NCBI GenBank assembly: GCA_008632985.1
Contig: QPGO01000104.1
Location: 124,001-188,000, forward strand
Direction: 5' to 3'
Length of the DNA stretch: 64,000 bases
Source of the DNA: Psammoneis japonica
Taxonomy: Eukaryota
Shown here: in pieces, positions 24,832 to 37,494 of the stretch
Layout of the letters: each line of letters opens with the position of its first letter
How positions within the stretch are numbered: position 1 is the first letter of the stretch
Notes under the pieces: generated by a model
The model's input: only the letters and a program-made list of their open reading frames with translations
What the model was told of the DNA's origin: nothing
Databases searched by the model: none
Translations under genes and position numbers: made by a program

Positions 24832-27800
24832 GGTGTCATCAGAAGATTGCTGTCGCAAGTAATTTTTGGAATTTTCGTTCAACGGCAATTACATAGAGAG
24901 AGGGCAGTTGATTCTTGATTATGTAGTGTAAGTGATAATTTCGTCAGCGAATAAAAGCATAATTGATCATTTGAAATATTCAGAAAATTAATAGTAATAA
25001 AACGCAATGTCTTTCCACAATCCTTCGAAAACTGCACGGCGAAGTCCATCGTGTTTTCTTTGTGCATTGTTTGACGGCGATGAGAAGAATACAAACGCGC
25101 TGTCATTGCTGTTGTTGCCTTGCAGCTTGATTGTGTCCATCTGTCAGCACTGCCATGGTGGACATTGCCAACAACATGCTGTCAATTAAATGTGGGCAAG
25201 AATGTGAAACATGCAGAACAAAAGAGGATGGGCCAGGAACAGCAGCCAACCCATGTTTGAGTCCTTTGCTGATGTTGCAGACACTCGGAATGACATGCAT
25301 CAAAGACTCTTTGAGTGTGCCCTTTTGCATCTGTGGCATGGGAGGAGGCAGAACCATCATGTGCATGTGGATGGTGCATTGTTTGATGATGCTTTTGTTG
25401 GCACATTTGTCCCTCTGCAAAGAGCACTTTTCTTTCACTCGCAAACAGCTCAAGGTGACTCTCATCTTTCATATCTTTGCTGATGCTGCAGATGCACAGA
25501 ATGACATGCATCAAGACTCTTTGAGTGCACCCTTTTGCATCTGTGTGGCACGGGAGGAGGCAGATGGTCATGTCGCGCAGATGGTGAGTGTTGTTTGAAT
25601 GACGTTTTTGTTGGCACATTTTGTCCCTCTGCAAAAGCACTTTTCTTTCACTTGCAAACAGCTCAAGGCAGGTGAAACTCAATCCATTCTTCTCCCACAT
25701 GCTCCACAAGCCATTGAGCTGGGGACAGAGCTGCTGCGTTCTTGTGTCTTTTTCAAGCGTTCCACAATCTGAACAATCTGTGCTGCTCTCCCTTCTCCTT
25801 CTCCTCATGCACTCACACACCTGCCATCATGTTGCCATTGCTGGACTTGTGGGATTTACAATGCAGCTTTTGGTCATCACTCAAGGGCAACCAACACTGT
25901 CTCAATTCATTTTTTCCCAGCTGGACTCCCAGATTCTTTTGTCAAGTTCAATTGTGCTCCAGCTCTGGCATTGTTCGCCCTGGCCATTTGAAGCCACCAA
26001 GAGGCTGTGCCAAGTGGCAACAAATTCTCCACACAAGAAGTGTGCCAACAACAACAAGCAAAGCAGTTGTGACTCTTTGCCATGAAGAATGCTTGTTGCG
26101 CTCTTGCACACACTGAAAGCCCATTTGGGCCTTTGACCTTCAACACCGACTTGAGCAAATCTCCACAGGTGGAGATTTGCTTGCTCACATCAGAAACATG
26201 TCAACAATGTTTTCTCAGATGTGAACAATGGACAATTTGCACAATTTTGTTGTGGAACGTGCATTTGCCAAAAGCTCTGGTGGACCACTCCTCTTGCAAT
26301 TTAGAAAGTTCGATGTCAACTTTTAACTTTGACACCGGTTTTTTTCCACACTTCATGTGTGCACAGAGAGGAACCAAATCTCAACCTTCAACAATGAGAT
26401 TTGTGACAAGTTGCTGTCACAACAGAGCAGTGAATGCCACACCCTTGGAGCAATCTCCACCGGCGGAGATTGCTTGCAACAAGCAAATGCCTGTGGTGTG
26501 TTTTACACAATTTGCACATGATGTGACATTTTTGCATTGTGCACATTGTGTGTTGTTCTTTTTTGATGCATGACACCTCACAATTTGTCAATCAGAGCAG
26601 TGGAGATTTGCTCTGTGGTGGTTGAAGGGTCAATGTTGGCAACCACAGCCTTTTCTGTTGAGCTTTTAACAAGTGTGGTGCTTGGCTTGGGTGTGGCCAT
26701 GCCATTTTCTACAATGATGATGATTGCCACATCACCACAAATCCATGCTGCAACTTTGTGCATGACAAAGAGGATGGGTGCCTCATCAAGAGTGACAACA
26801 GTTGACACAGCAGTTTTGATCAAAACAGAAACCCAGAATGCAATGGCGGTGGTGGACTGGAGACAATTTGTGAGATGAGCTTCCACACAACGTGATTGTT
26901 TGTCCTCTGGAGCACAAATTTGGCATTTCCAAGAGACAGTTGCAAGTTGGTTTTAAAAAGTGTTTTGCAAGAAACAGTTGCAACTTCCTGCAGCGCCTCT
27001 TTTTGCAATCCCCCTTTTTGTCTGCAGCCCGATTTCATCCCAAAGTGCTGGGTGATTGTGATCCTCTTTGCACTGTTTGTCATCCATGTGAGCCACTGTT
27101 TGCTGGCTCACATTCTGTGCCAACATCCTAAAATCCTGTGAAGTGATGCCACATGTTGCTTCCATTTTGATGCTGCTCCCAAAGGATGCAAAACTCATTT
27201 TGCTGTCATTGCAAATGAAAAAGAAACACAAGAAACATGTGGTGCAACACACAATGACTGGTCCAAAAACACCAAATGAGTGTTGTTGCATGCTTGTGCC
27301 AACCACCGCTGATGTAAAAGACAGATTTTGACATGTGCAAAATGACAAATTGAAAAAGCTCTGCAGTGGCTCAGTTGATGGCACTGCATCCAGCAGCTGG
27401 GCCAGCTTTGCAACATTTTCTTGCCCCAGCTGGCCCACACAATGGTACAACCATGCAGCAGAGAGCAGAGAAATCACCAAACTGGGGCCATTGATGGCAA
27501 CAAAGGTCACAAACCTGGACAGTGTGGAGCCACCACACACTGGCAACTCTTGCTTGGGTGGGTGGTTGCTCTGCTGCAGCTCTGCTCTTGTGGTGGGTGG
27601 TGGGTGCTCTTTGCACTGCTGAAATGATCACACAGCATGACCGCTTGAGCATGACCGGCGGGTGCTCTTGTTTGGCCAAAGCTTGGAAAGGGTGTGGCAC
27701 TCAAGACCACAGTCTTTTTGCAACAAGCCCTGCTTTGAACAACCAGAGAGTGGGAGCCCCAATTTTTCCCTTCTGACAAGCTGGCTCCCATTTCAGTTGT

Positions 27801-28924
27801 TGGCAATGGCTTGCCTGGTGCAGATGCTCCAACATGTCAAACGCAGAAAATGCCGGACCTTGCTTTGACCAGGGAGGTGAAAGTTGCTGATGACTCAGTG
27901 CTCAAACAGAAAAGGATGCCAGGTTGACCCCAAGAATGACACACACTTGTGTTTGTGCATGTCTTTGAGGGCAATGCTGTGGCAGGCTGCTCCTCTCTGC
28001 TGGTGGTGGGATGGGCTCTGTGGGATGATGACAGGATTTTTGTCAGCTCTGACTCTTGTCTGACAAGCAGCTCAAAGGACACTGTTTGCAGAAAAGATTT
28101 TGGCACATCTCAAGAGACATCTTCTCTTTGGAAGGAGAGAAGTGCTTTCTGCCATTGCAGCAGGTGCGTGTGCAGCACAGAAGCTCACAAAGTTCAAAAC
28201 ACCTGAGCCAATGGCAGAAATGGCTTGAGGGAGAGCTGAGTTTTGGTGGAGGACTGTGTGTCAAGTGCTGGGGCTGTGAGGAAGAGCTCATTTCAAGAAG
28301 TGCAGCCTCCACAAGGGCTGGATTCACCCAAGTGACCTGGTGCTGCTGCAAGAGCCAAGTTTGCATGTCTTGACAGAGACAGCAGCTGAAGTTGAAAGAA
28401 AACAAAATCAAATGCATCATTGTCTCACTGCCAGCCCCCCCCCCCATGCAAACACCAAGGTCTGCATCATGCCAAGTGCCAAACCAAAAAAATTGAGGGC
28501 GCCAACATCATGATGTTTTCTTGCTGAAGAGCTCAAAATCTGCTTGGCCTGCTTCTGCTCACCTGAGTGCTGGTGCTTGTTTGTCAAAAAATCAAGCTCC
28601 CAGTGCAACAAGAAAATTCATCATGGCCATGTGCTCAAATGCAATGGAGAGCTGGCTATGAAGAACAGGTTCGCTGTGCTTTTCCTTCCTTCCTGCCATG
28701 TGTGCACTCTGCACATGGTTGCTGAGGCTTGTGCAAACTGCTGGCAATGTGATGATGCATTCCAACTCAAGCTTTCAAGTGGAAGGGGGGGTCACAACAA
28801 CCCACACAGAATCCATGCAGGTTTTTGTGCTGGTGTGCAATGATTGGATGATTCTGAGGTGTTCAGGCTGCATGAAAGAGGAGGAGAAAGTCTGCTGTGC
28901 GCACGCATCTCACATTTTTTTTTG

Positions 28925-31025
28925 TCACCACAATTCTCTCAGTGTTCTCTGGGTTCCGTCAAAGACCCCCAATGCCATCAGTCTGCAGCTGGCATGCTGG
29001 CATGCCATGCCAGGGTGTCCTTTCACTCTGGAGAGGGGAGAGCTTTTTTGAAGCCTCACTCTCTCTTCTGACTGGGCATGCCAGATGGGTCTTGCAGTGC
29101 CCAACCAAAGCTCTTCTCACACAGTGTTCACCAATGTCTTTAGTCTGCAGATGGTGTCTTTGTTGGTTGCAGGCAGAGTTGTGAGCCCCAGCACTGACAT
29201 GAAAAAAGTGACCGTGGGCCACAACAGTGCCAGACGGGCCTTGCAGCACTTGAGCACAATTCTCAAAGTGTTCTCTTGGCTCTGCCAGAGACCATCAATG
29301 CCCTCATCCTGCAGTTGTTGTGCTGCTGGTTGATTGCACATCACTGTGTCCTGTCACACTGAAAGACAGGAATTTCAGCTCTTGCTCTGACATGGATGAA
29401 ATGACTGGGGGCTGCATGCAGCTGCACAAAATGTGTGCAACACTCTCAACCACTTTTCTCAAAGTGTTCTCTGGGCCAACCTGGAGACCTTTGGTGCTCT
29501 CAGCCTGCAGTTGTTGGGTTGGGTTGGTTGCAAGAGGGTGTCCCATCACTCTGGAGTCAGCAACTTCAGCTCACTCTGGCACATGGATGAAGTGACTGGT
29601 GGCAGCAACTGTGCCAGATGAACCTTTCAACACTGCACCGCCATTCTCAAAGTGTTCCCTGGGTTCCATGGGAGACCTTCAATGCCCTCATCCTGCAGTT
29701 GTTGGGTTGGTTGGCTGCATCAGGGTGTCCTTTCACACTCTTGAGTTGCAAATTTCAGCTCCCTTTTTGGCATCAATGAAGTGACTGGGGAGGGCCACTG
29801 CACCAGATGAGCCTTGCAACGCTCCACCACCATTCTTAAAGTGTCCCCTGGTTTTCCCCTGTGGATCATCAATGCTCCAAGCCTGCAGTTGTTGGGGGTT
29901 CATTGGCTGTGCCAGGGTGTCCTTTCATTCTGGAGCACCAGATGAGCCTTGCATCGCTCCACCTGCATGGATGAAGTGACTGGCAGCTGCAACTGCACTG
30001 GATGAGCCTTGCAACACTCCACCACCACTCTCAAAGTGTTTCCTGGTTTCCTCTGGAGACCTTCAGTGCCCTCAACTTGCAGCTGTTGAGTTGGTTGGTT
30101 GTGCCAGGGTGTGCTTTCACTCTGGATTTGCAAACCCCAGCTCTCATTTTAGAACAAAAGGAGCAACTGGTGGGGAGCAACGCTGTGCCAGACAAGCCTT
30201 GCAACACTTGGCTGCCACTCTCAAAGTGTCCCCTGGGTTCCCCTGCAGATCTTCAATGCCGCCCAAACTGCAGTTGTTGGGTTGGCTGGTTGCACCAGAG
30301 TGTCTTTTCACTCTAGAGCCATTTGTTGGGAATTTTTCTTATCTCATTTTGGCATGGATTGAGTGGCTGAGGGCTGCAACTGCACCAGAAGGGCTTCTCC
30401 ACACTCCACCGCCATTTTCCAAATGTTCCCTGGCTTTCCTGGAGACCTTCAGTGCTCCCAGCTTTCCTTGAGACCTTCAGTGCCCTCAGCCTGCTGCTGT
30501 TGGGTTGTTTGGTTGTGTCAGGGTGTCCTTTCACTCTTGTGTTGTGAACTTCCAGCTGTCATTTTGGCATGACTGAAGTGACAGGGGAGCACCGGCGAAC
30601 CAGAGGAGCCTTGCAACACTGGCCACCATTCTCAAAAGTGTTCCCCAGTTTCTCTTGCAGATCTTCAGTGCCACCAGACTTCAGTTGCTGGGTTTGTTGG
30701 TTGCACCAGGGTGCCCTTTTACTTTGGAGTGGCTGGGAATTTTTCTCTTTTCATTCTGACATGGGCTGAGTGACTGAGGCTGCAATTGCACCACCAGATG
30801 AGCCTTGCAACGCTCCATCATTTTTCTCAAATTTTGTTCCCTGGGTCCCCACAGAGACACCTTCAATGCCCTCCTTGGCTTGCAGTTGTCAGGATGGTTG
30901 GTTGTGCCAGCAGGGTGTCCTTTCACTCTGGAGCAGTTGGGAATTTTCCTCCTCTCATTTTGGCATGGATTGAGTGGCTGGTGGCTTCAAATGCACTTGA
31001 TGGGCCCTTCGACACTTCACCACCA
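28925..31025 (+). repeat. Degenerate tandem array, ~190-bp unit, ~11 copies
   Basis: The motif cagggtgtcctttcactct recurs near 29015, 29345, 29540, 29725, 29915, 30110, 30300, 30525, 30710 and 30915, with shared gagccttgcaacactccacca and ctgcagttgttgggttgg segments. Confidence 0.85.
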
Positions 31026-31139
31026 AAATCCAGTTTGCTTGCCCATCATGACAGATGCACCAGTTTTTGAGTTTTTTGGCAGCACTTGCTGCAGCGCTTG
31101 CTGCTGTGGTGCCACCACACAAGAACACACATGGGGGGC

Positions 31140-31870
31140 ATCCACCAGGACATCCCATGAGATTCTGACAGGCATCGCAGGTGAAGGTGCCATTTTTGTG
31201 TGTGTGGTTGCTGCTGGCACCCCCGAGTTGACCAGTCAACCCCAAATCATCCCACTGTTCCAACACCAATGCAGTGGCTGATCTCATGAGTGAGAGCTGT
31301 TTCCAACAAGCCCAACAATTCAAGCAATGGAACATTGTCTTCATCAATTGCAACAACTCCAATTGCAGGCAAGTCGGAATCCGATCTCTGCCATCGTGCA
31401 CCCACAAAACCCAAATTTCCATCAAGCCTGTCAATTTGTTGGGTCCTGATGCAAACAAAAAGGTTGCCAATGAATCCAGGCTTGGCACAACCAATGTCTT
31501 GAGACAGACCACACTCCGCATCAGGAATGTCTTCCACAATTGTGCTTTCCCAATGTGCTGTGCTCACGTTGGCCGCAGCTTGCAGCTTCAAATGATGATT
31601 CACAGGGCACACCACACTGTGTCCGATGTCTAAACTGCAAACTCGCTCTGCACAAATGATGAAGAAAAGTTCCTTTTCAGTGATGATGAACATGGCACAG
31701 AAATCGCAGTGTGCACAGCTTTGCTTGCCAGACTCCAGTGATGGTGCTGTCATCGGACTTGCACTGGCCACGTGGCTGTTGGACAAAGGGAAAAGGAAGG
31801 GCAGGCCCAAACAATGCACAGACCACAACATGGACAAGCTTGCCACTTTTCGCTTGTTGCAAAACAAAAC
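31140..31870 (-). pseudogene. TpA-mutated partial copy of the M8 metalloprotease (5' part, intron retained)
   Basis: ORF 31247-31924 aligns with the intact gene (HEISH vs HEIGH); splice donor GTAAG changed to GCAAG. Confidence 0.95.
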
Positions 31871-32456
31871 ACAAGTGGGGAGCCCATCTGTCCTCTGTTT
31901 GTTGGTGGTGGCTTGTTGAAGCATTTCTGAAAGTTTCGAAATTTTGAGGTTGCACCCAATTTTTTCAAACTTTTATGATGTGTGCAGACGTTGAGAATGC
32001 TGGGTTGTTTTGAATGATGATGACCAAAGACAAACATTGCAATGTGAGCTTTCGCACCAACTCGACAAAAAACACATGATGTGGAGGACCGTGAGCTGCA
32101 GCTGGCATGCCCTTGCTTGTAGAAAACTCTGGCCAGAGCAAGTTCGCACAAGACTTCAGATGGAGGACAGCCCCAATGCTGGGGGTGGAACAAGCAACAC
32201 TGCCAGAAGGCCACTTGAAACACAAGAATGCTGGCAACAAGCATCTCAACCCCAAGCATCTGCTGGAGAGGCAGGGGGGGCACAGCAGCAGTCAGATTGC
32301 GACGACTTCTCCCCCGTTGGTTCATTCTCTGGCTCAGATCATTTGCATCTCTCTTTCTCTTGCGCTTGCAATTTCAGACAAAGAATTGGTGAGCAGCGTG
32401 ACACAATGCTGAAGTTCAAGGCATGAGTGTCATGCATGTCCCCTCTCTTTTGATGC

Positions 32457-34200
32457 TCACAATTCTGAATTTGTGCTCCAAGATGACCGCCTTGTGAAGC
32501 TCATCTGGGGTCCTTTAACTCGAGTGATCTCCAGCAGCTCTTGCTCTTCTGTTTGAGACGTTGAAGTCTCAGTGCATTTGACAATCTTTGGACAACACAA
32601 AAATGGAGCCATGAGCCAGCACTCGCAATGATCCAGTCCTCAAAACACAAATGCTCCCAAGTCCTCCAATTGGCTGGTCTTGGCATTTTCAAAATCTTGC
32701 ACAGATGATCCATGTGTCCACAGGGCGGGACTCCTGAATGTCCAATGGGGCGATGTGGTCTTTGCCACTCATGAAAATCACGGAGTTTCTTTCCAATGTT
32801 GTCGACAAAGAGGTTGCCTTGTGCCCAGCAAAGCTGATGTTGCACCACCCATTTTGCCATGTGGACTGACCAAATCACAAATGAGACATCTCCTGGATGC
32901 AGCGCACACTGTGAATGACATGATTTTATGAGGGCTGCACATTGCAGAGACACAAACACAAACTGGATCAAGAAACATCAGTGCTGTGCAACAAAATAAC
33001 TTGGTGTGTGCTTTGCAACATGCAAGACAATGAACTCCCATGGGAATGACACTGAAATGTTGCCTTGTGATGTCCATGGCAAGCTGACATTGCAGCCAGT
33101 GATGCAGCAATCTGCCTGGGAGATTGTGCGGAGCCAGGCATGACCCACGATCAAAAGGCTGACAGCATCAACATTTCCCCAAGGAAGATCAGATGCTTGG
33201 TTTGGAGAAGTTCCCAAAGCAGAGGCAGATGCATGACAACACCCAATCCAATGCTGCCTCCCACAAGTCAGTCAATTTTGTCCACAGCTTTGGTTCTGTC
33301 TTGTTGTTTCTGATTGCTTGCACCCACACAGCCTGTTGGGACATTCCCAGAAGGTTGAAGAGGGCGCCAAGACATCTCTCTGTTGCAACAAACTCTGACG
33401 GCACAACACGACCACTGAGTTGATGAAGAAGTCTGCCACCCTCAGCAACATGGGTCAAGCTTGTGATTCCTTGGATGTTGCAAGGGCTCTCAGCAGCTTG
33501 AGGCTCATCTTTGATGCCTTTGTTGAGAACTCTGAGATGACATGGCTCTCTGGCAACAGCTTCTCCATTGCCAACATAGATTTTTGACAAGAGTGGCAAG
33601 CAGCGGATCATGAGCAATGGCAACACTCACAAAATTGCTGCAAACATGCTCAGCAACATTCAAAACAGCATTTGCACCTTCTTCCAACAACTTGGCAATG
33701 TCCCTGACCAACCAGTCAATCCAAGATTTGGAGACCAACATCAGCCATTGTCCCCCAGAACCTTTGGCAGCAAGTGCTTGCTCTTTCAGCTTGCTGTGCA
33801 ATTGAGCTTCACTTCAAGCACTGGCAAGCACCAGCGGATTTTCTGCTGGTCATGGTGTCTCCATCCAAGAAACTGAAGTCTCCTTTGTTGGCATCTGACA
33901 CAAAGTTGCACAAAAAGATGGGGCTCCCAGTCATTTCTGAAAAAAACCTTGTCAGCATCCCATCATCTCGGCTGCCTGTGGTGGCCAAGAAAGGCACTGA
34001 CTCAAGTGCTGAAGAGCATTTGTGATGTCATTGGCTGCAAGCTGTTGACACATTTAATTGCAAGGTTGCAACCAATCTGGAAATGTTGAGTTCAGTCAAC
34101 TGCAGAAGGCATGCAAGGAAAGCATGTGGTCAAAGCAAGCTGGCCCAAATTTTGCTTGCCAAGGACCTGACATGCATCGACTTGGACCAAAAAACTCAAA
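32457..34200 (-). pseudogene. TpA-mutated alpha/beta hydrolase paralog (copy B)
   Basis: Nearly identical to 21162-22900. Confidence 0.9.
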
Positions 34201-35601
34201 CAATTGCGTCATGCGATCGGAGTTCATCAGCCGCACAGGCGGGGTGAGGTCGTTTTTCAAGAACAAGGTGGTCTAGCTTCAGCCGAGCGAAAGCAGCGAG
34301 TGCAACAAGAAGAGTCACAGCAAGAAGAAGGAGAAGAAGACCCGCTAGAAAATTCAGGGAATGTGAAATGTGAAAAAGGACAATCTGACAAATTAGAGCA
34401 ATTGCACTGTGATGCATGCTCACCTGTTTGTTTGAAATTCCACCAGATTCTGTCCTGCCTCATTTTCTTTGATCGGATTGGCGCAAGAAGCGACGGGTGA
34501 AACAGTTGCAAAATTTTGACGGCGCTGCAGGCAAACCAGCGGCTGCAGGAGCCACCCAGGACTCCATGTCAGCATCCTCCATGGCAGTGTCGAGAGAACT
34601 GAAGGTGAGCATAGAGACATGCTTGCCAATGTCCACGTCCATCATGCCCATGCCATCAACGACCGTGATTTCACACTGAAAAGCAAAAAACAGTGGCACG
34701 AAAAGCAAGGGTCAGCTGGGGGAATGTGAAATGCTAAAAAGGACAATCTGACACTACAGAACAACAGCATTGTGATGCATGCTTACCTGTTTGTTTGCTG
34801 TTCCACCAGATTCCGTCCTACAGACGACGAAACGACAACACCGATTCTGTTGGTTTCGGTCGGTCGCGCATGACACAAGGCAAGAAATGCCGATGCGACA
34901 TCCGGCAAGTGAAGACGTGAAAAAACAACGCCAACGCAACAACAAACCAAACCAAGCTATCATAATACACTTTACCGTGTCAACGATCACCCCGTATTGC
35001 ATGGGGGTGCTATCTGTTGTAATGACTCGGAACGGCGACGTGCCATGTTGGTTGTCTTTTTGGTTGGGTGCTGCGTTGCGCGGCACGAAAAAAAAACGCG
35101 CGCGTGTCGCTGTGGTAAACAAAGAGTTAAGAACATTCAATTATTTCGAATCTACATGGCCGATGACAAATGTTGCTAACGTGAGCTTTCGCACCAACTC
35201 GAAAAAGTCACGCAAGACTTTAGATGGAGGATAGCCTCGACGCTAAAGGTAGAACAAGCAACACTACCAGAAGGCTGCTTGAAGTACAAGAATGCCGGTA
35301 AGCGTCTCAGTCAAGCATCTGGAGGGGGCAGCAGATTGCGACAACAGACCAGTTGGTTCATTCTCTGGCTCAGATAATTTGCGGCGCTCTCTCTTTTGTG
35401 CTCGTAATTTCAGACAACTCGAGTTCGCTGCCGCCAGTGCCGGGTATACAAGCTTTAAATGCCACAACTTTAACACTACTGTACCATAAACAAAAGGAGT
35501 CCAAGGAGCCGAGACCTCCGAAAGAAGCGGAAAAAATTGGCGGGCAGCGTAACGTAATAATGAAGTTCAAGGCTGATATGAACTCTCTTCGCTTTCGACG
35601 T

Positions 35602-37494
35602 TTATGCTGAATTTTTGCTCCAAGATGACCGCCTTGTGTAGCTCTTCAGGGGGCCTTCAACTCGAGTAACCTCCAGCAGCTCTTGCTCTTCCGCTCGAGC
35701 CGTTAAAGTCTCTGTGCATTCAACAATCTTGGGACAATACAAAAATGGCGCCATGAGCCATTCGCCATGATCCAGTCCTCGAAACACAAATACTCCCAAG
35801 TCGTCCAGTTGATTTGTCTTGACATCTTCAAAATCTCGCACAGAAGATCCATGTGCTCGTAGGTAGGACTCCTGAATATCCGATGGGGCGATGTGGTCTT
35901 TGCTACTCACGAAGATCACACACGGTTTCTTTCCAATGTCGTCGACAAAGAGGTTGCCTCGTGCCCAGCAAAACTGTCGCTGTACCGCCCATTTCACCAT
36001 CATGTCTGACCGGATCATAAATGAGATGTCTCCCGGATGCGGTAGGCTGTAAACGAGACGGTTTGTGAGGGTTGCATTGTAGAGACAAAAGCAAACTGGA
36101 TCAAGAAACACCAGTGCCGCGACAAAGCTTGGTGTGTATTTTACAACGTACGAGACAATGAAACTCCCATAGGAGTGACACTGAAACGTTGCCTTGTGAT
36201 GTCCATGGTGAGCTAACATTGCAGTTAGCGATGCGGCGATCTGCCTGGGAGATTGTACGGAGCTAGGCATGACCCAGGGTCGAAAGGCGGATACCGTCGA
36301 TATTTCCGGGAGGAAGATTGGACGCTTGGTTCGGAGAAGTTCCCAAATCAGAGGTAGATACATGACAACACCCAATCCAATGCCATGAACAAACACAATT
36401 GGTGTTTTATCCTCTTCGCCGTCATTTCCCAGTTTTCCATTATTTGGTTTGTAGTAATATGACGTGGCGCAAATCACATGTCTGCGAAAACCCAGACACC
36501 ACATTACCAACCGAAGCATAATCTCGGCTGGCACGACAATAAGTATGTGCAAAACGAGAGGAAATAGTTCGACTCCCAAGAGAGGATCCGAGAATGGACG
36601 TAGGTATCGTTGGGTGTTGGGAGGAGCACCGTCTCCTTCCACATTGCCTCTGTCCTCGTTTAGCACATTGTGGCATTCTGTGATTTTCCGCATGAGCTCT
36701 GCCAGCACAGCCGCGGGTAGATCATGGGACTCTGGTATCAATTGTTCCAACAACCGCCTGAAGCCCCTCAATTGCTTCATAATTTGACTTGAAGGAGCAG
36801 CTTTTGAAGCAAGCAAGGTATCATCTGTACTTTGCGAAGATTCGCTACCATCACTATTCTCCAGCTCGTCCTTGATGTTGCCAAGACTCGCCAACGGAAT
36901 AATGCTTGGGCGATGTGAGACACCGTTGCCATTTCCTCGATTGGTCTTGCGGAGCACTTCTTGAACGAATTTGTCAATCTGTTCGTGCTCTCGGTCCAGC
37001 AAGTGTTCTTGACTCCTCCCATCAAAAAAGCCCCAGGCTATAAAGTTTCTCAGGTCGTGTAGGGTAATACTGTCAATGTCTACATTATGGAACCATCTCT
37101 GAAAAAAGAGAGAAACATTGTCCTTTTCTGCTTCGAGCACTCGATCCCAGAGCGAGATTCGTTCCTCCATTGGCATAATAGGCGCTGCTTGTAAGGCAGC
37201 CTCCATTGGATCAATCGAGTCGAGATAAGCCAGTTTCATTCTCATACAAATGTTGAAGCATACTTCAAGACTAAGAGCAACAACCAACCACGTTGGGACC
37301 AACTGAGTAAAGGAAGAGCATACTTCATTGCCTAGTGACTCGGTGATGAAAACTTCGCAAAGGATCTTCTGCAATAAGATGATGGGTAGAGCTGCATTAA
37401 ACAAAAAGGTAAAACACAGATAAAGCGAGTCAACGCTGCCAATATCGTGCTGCCATGTGCTGAATCGGGAAGCCCTTCGGTTGGCAACTAACAA
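35602..37494 (-). CDS. Alpha/beta hydrolase-fold protein (probably with an upstream exon beyond ~37565)
   Basis: PIVFVHGIGLG, nucleophile elbow HSYGS, LVFLDPV, KD and GLDHG catalytic-triad-like motifs. Confidence 0.85.
   Translation of the reverse strand: MLVANRRASRFSTWQHDIGSVDSLYLCFTFLFNAALPIILLQKILCEVFITESLGNEVCSSFTQLVPTWLVVALSLEVCFNICMRMKLAYLDSIDPMEAALQAAPIMPMEERISLWDRVLEAEKDNVSLFFQRWFHNVDIDSITLHDLRNFIAWGFFDGRSQEHLLDREHEQIDKFVQEVLRKTNRGNGNGVSHRPSIIPLASLGNIKDELENSDGSESSQSTDDTLLASKAAPSSQIMKQLRGFRRLLEQLIPESHDLPAAVLAELMRKITECHNVLNEDRGNVEGDGAPPNTQRYLRPFSDPLLGVELFPLVLHILIVVPAEIMLRLVMWCLGFRRHVICATSYYYKPNNGKLGNDGEEDKTPIVFVHGIGLGVVMYLPLIWELLRTKRPIFLPEISTVSAFRPWVMPSSVQSPRQIAASLTAMLAHHGHHKATFQCHSYGSFIVSYVVKYTPSFVAALVFLDPVCFCLYNATLTNRLVYSLPHPGDISFMIRSDMMVKWAVQRQFCWARGNLFVDDIGKKPCVIFVSSKDHIAPSDIQESYLRAHGSSVRDFEDVKTNQLDDLGVFVFRGLDHGEWLMAPFLYCPKIVECTETLTARAEEQELLEVTRVEGPLKSYTRRSSWSKNSA

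Larger units (their letters stand above)
19860..34345 (+). repeat. Direct segmental duplication: ~19860-23040 repeated at ~31140-34345
   Basis: Colinear alignment through the protease 5' part, the intergenic DNA and the hydrolase pseudogene. Confidence 0.95.
25100..34750. other. TpA- and CpG-depleted domain 3 (decayed repeats, tandem array and pseudogenes)
   Basis: TA is almost absent for ~9.6 kb; TA returns abruptly before ~25090 and after ~34750. Confidence 0.9.

Noticed and set aside
25100..34750. Classical fungal RIP or plain CpG methylation decay as the cause of TG/CA richness
   Set aside because: Those give C->T and would not remove TpA. Aligned copies show A->G/T->C at TpA, although CpG decay also contributes.
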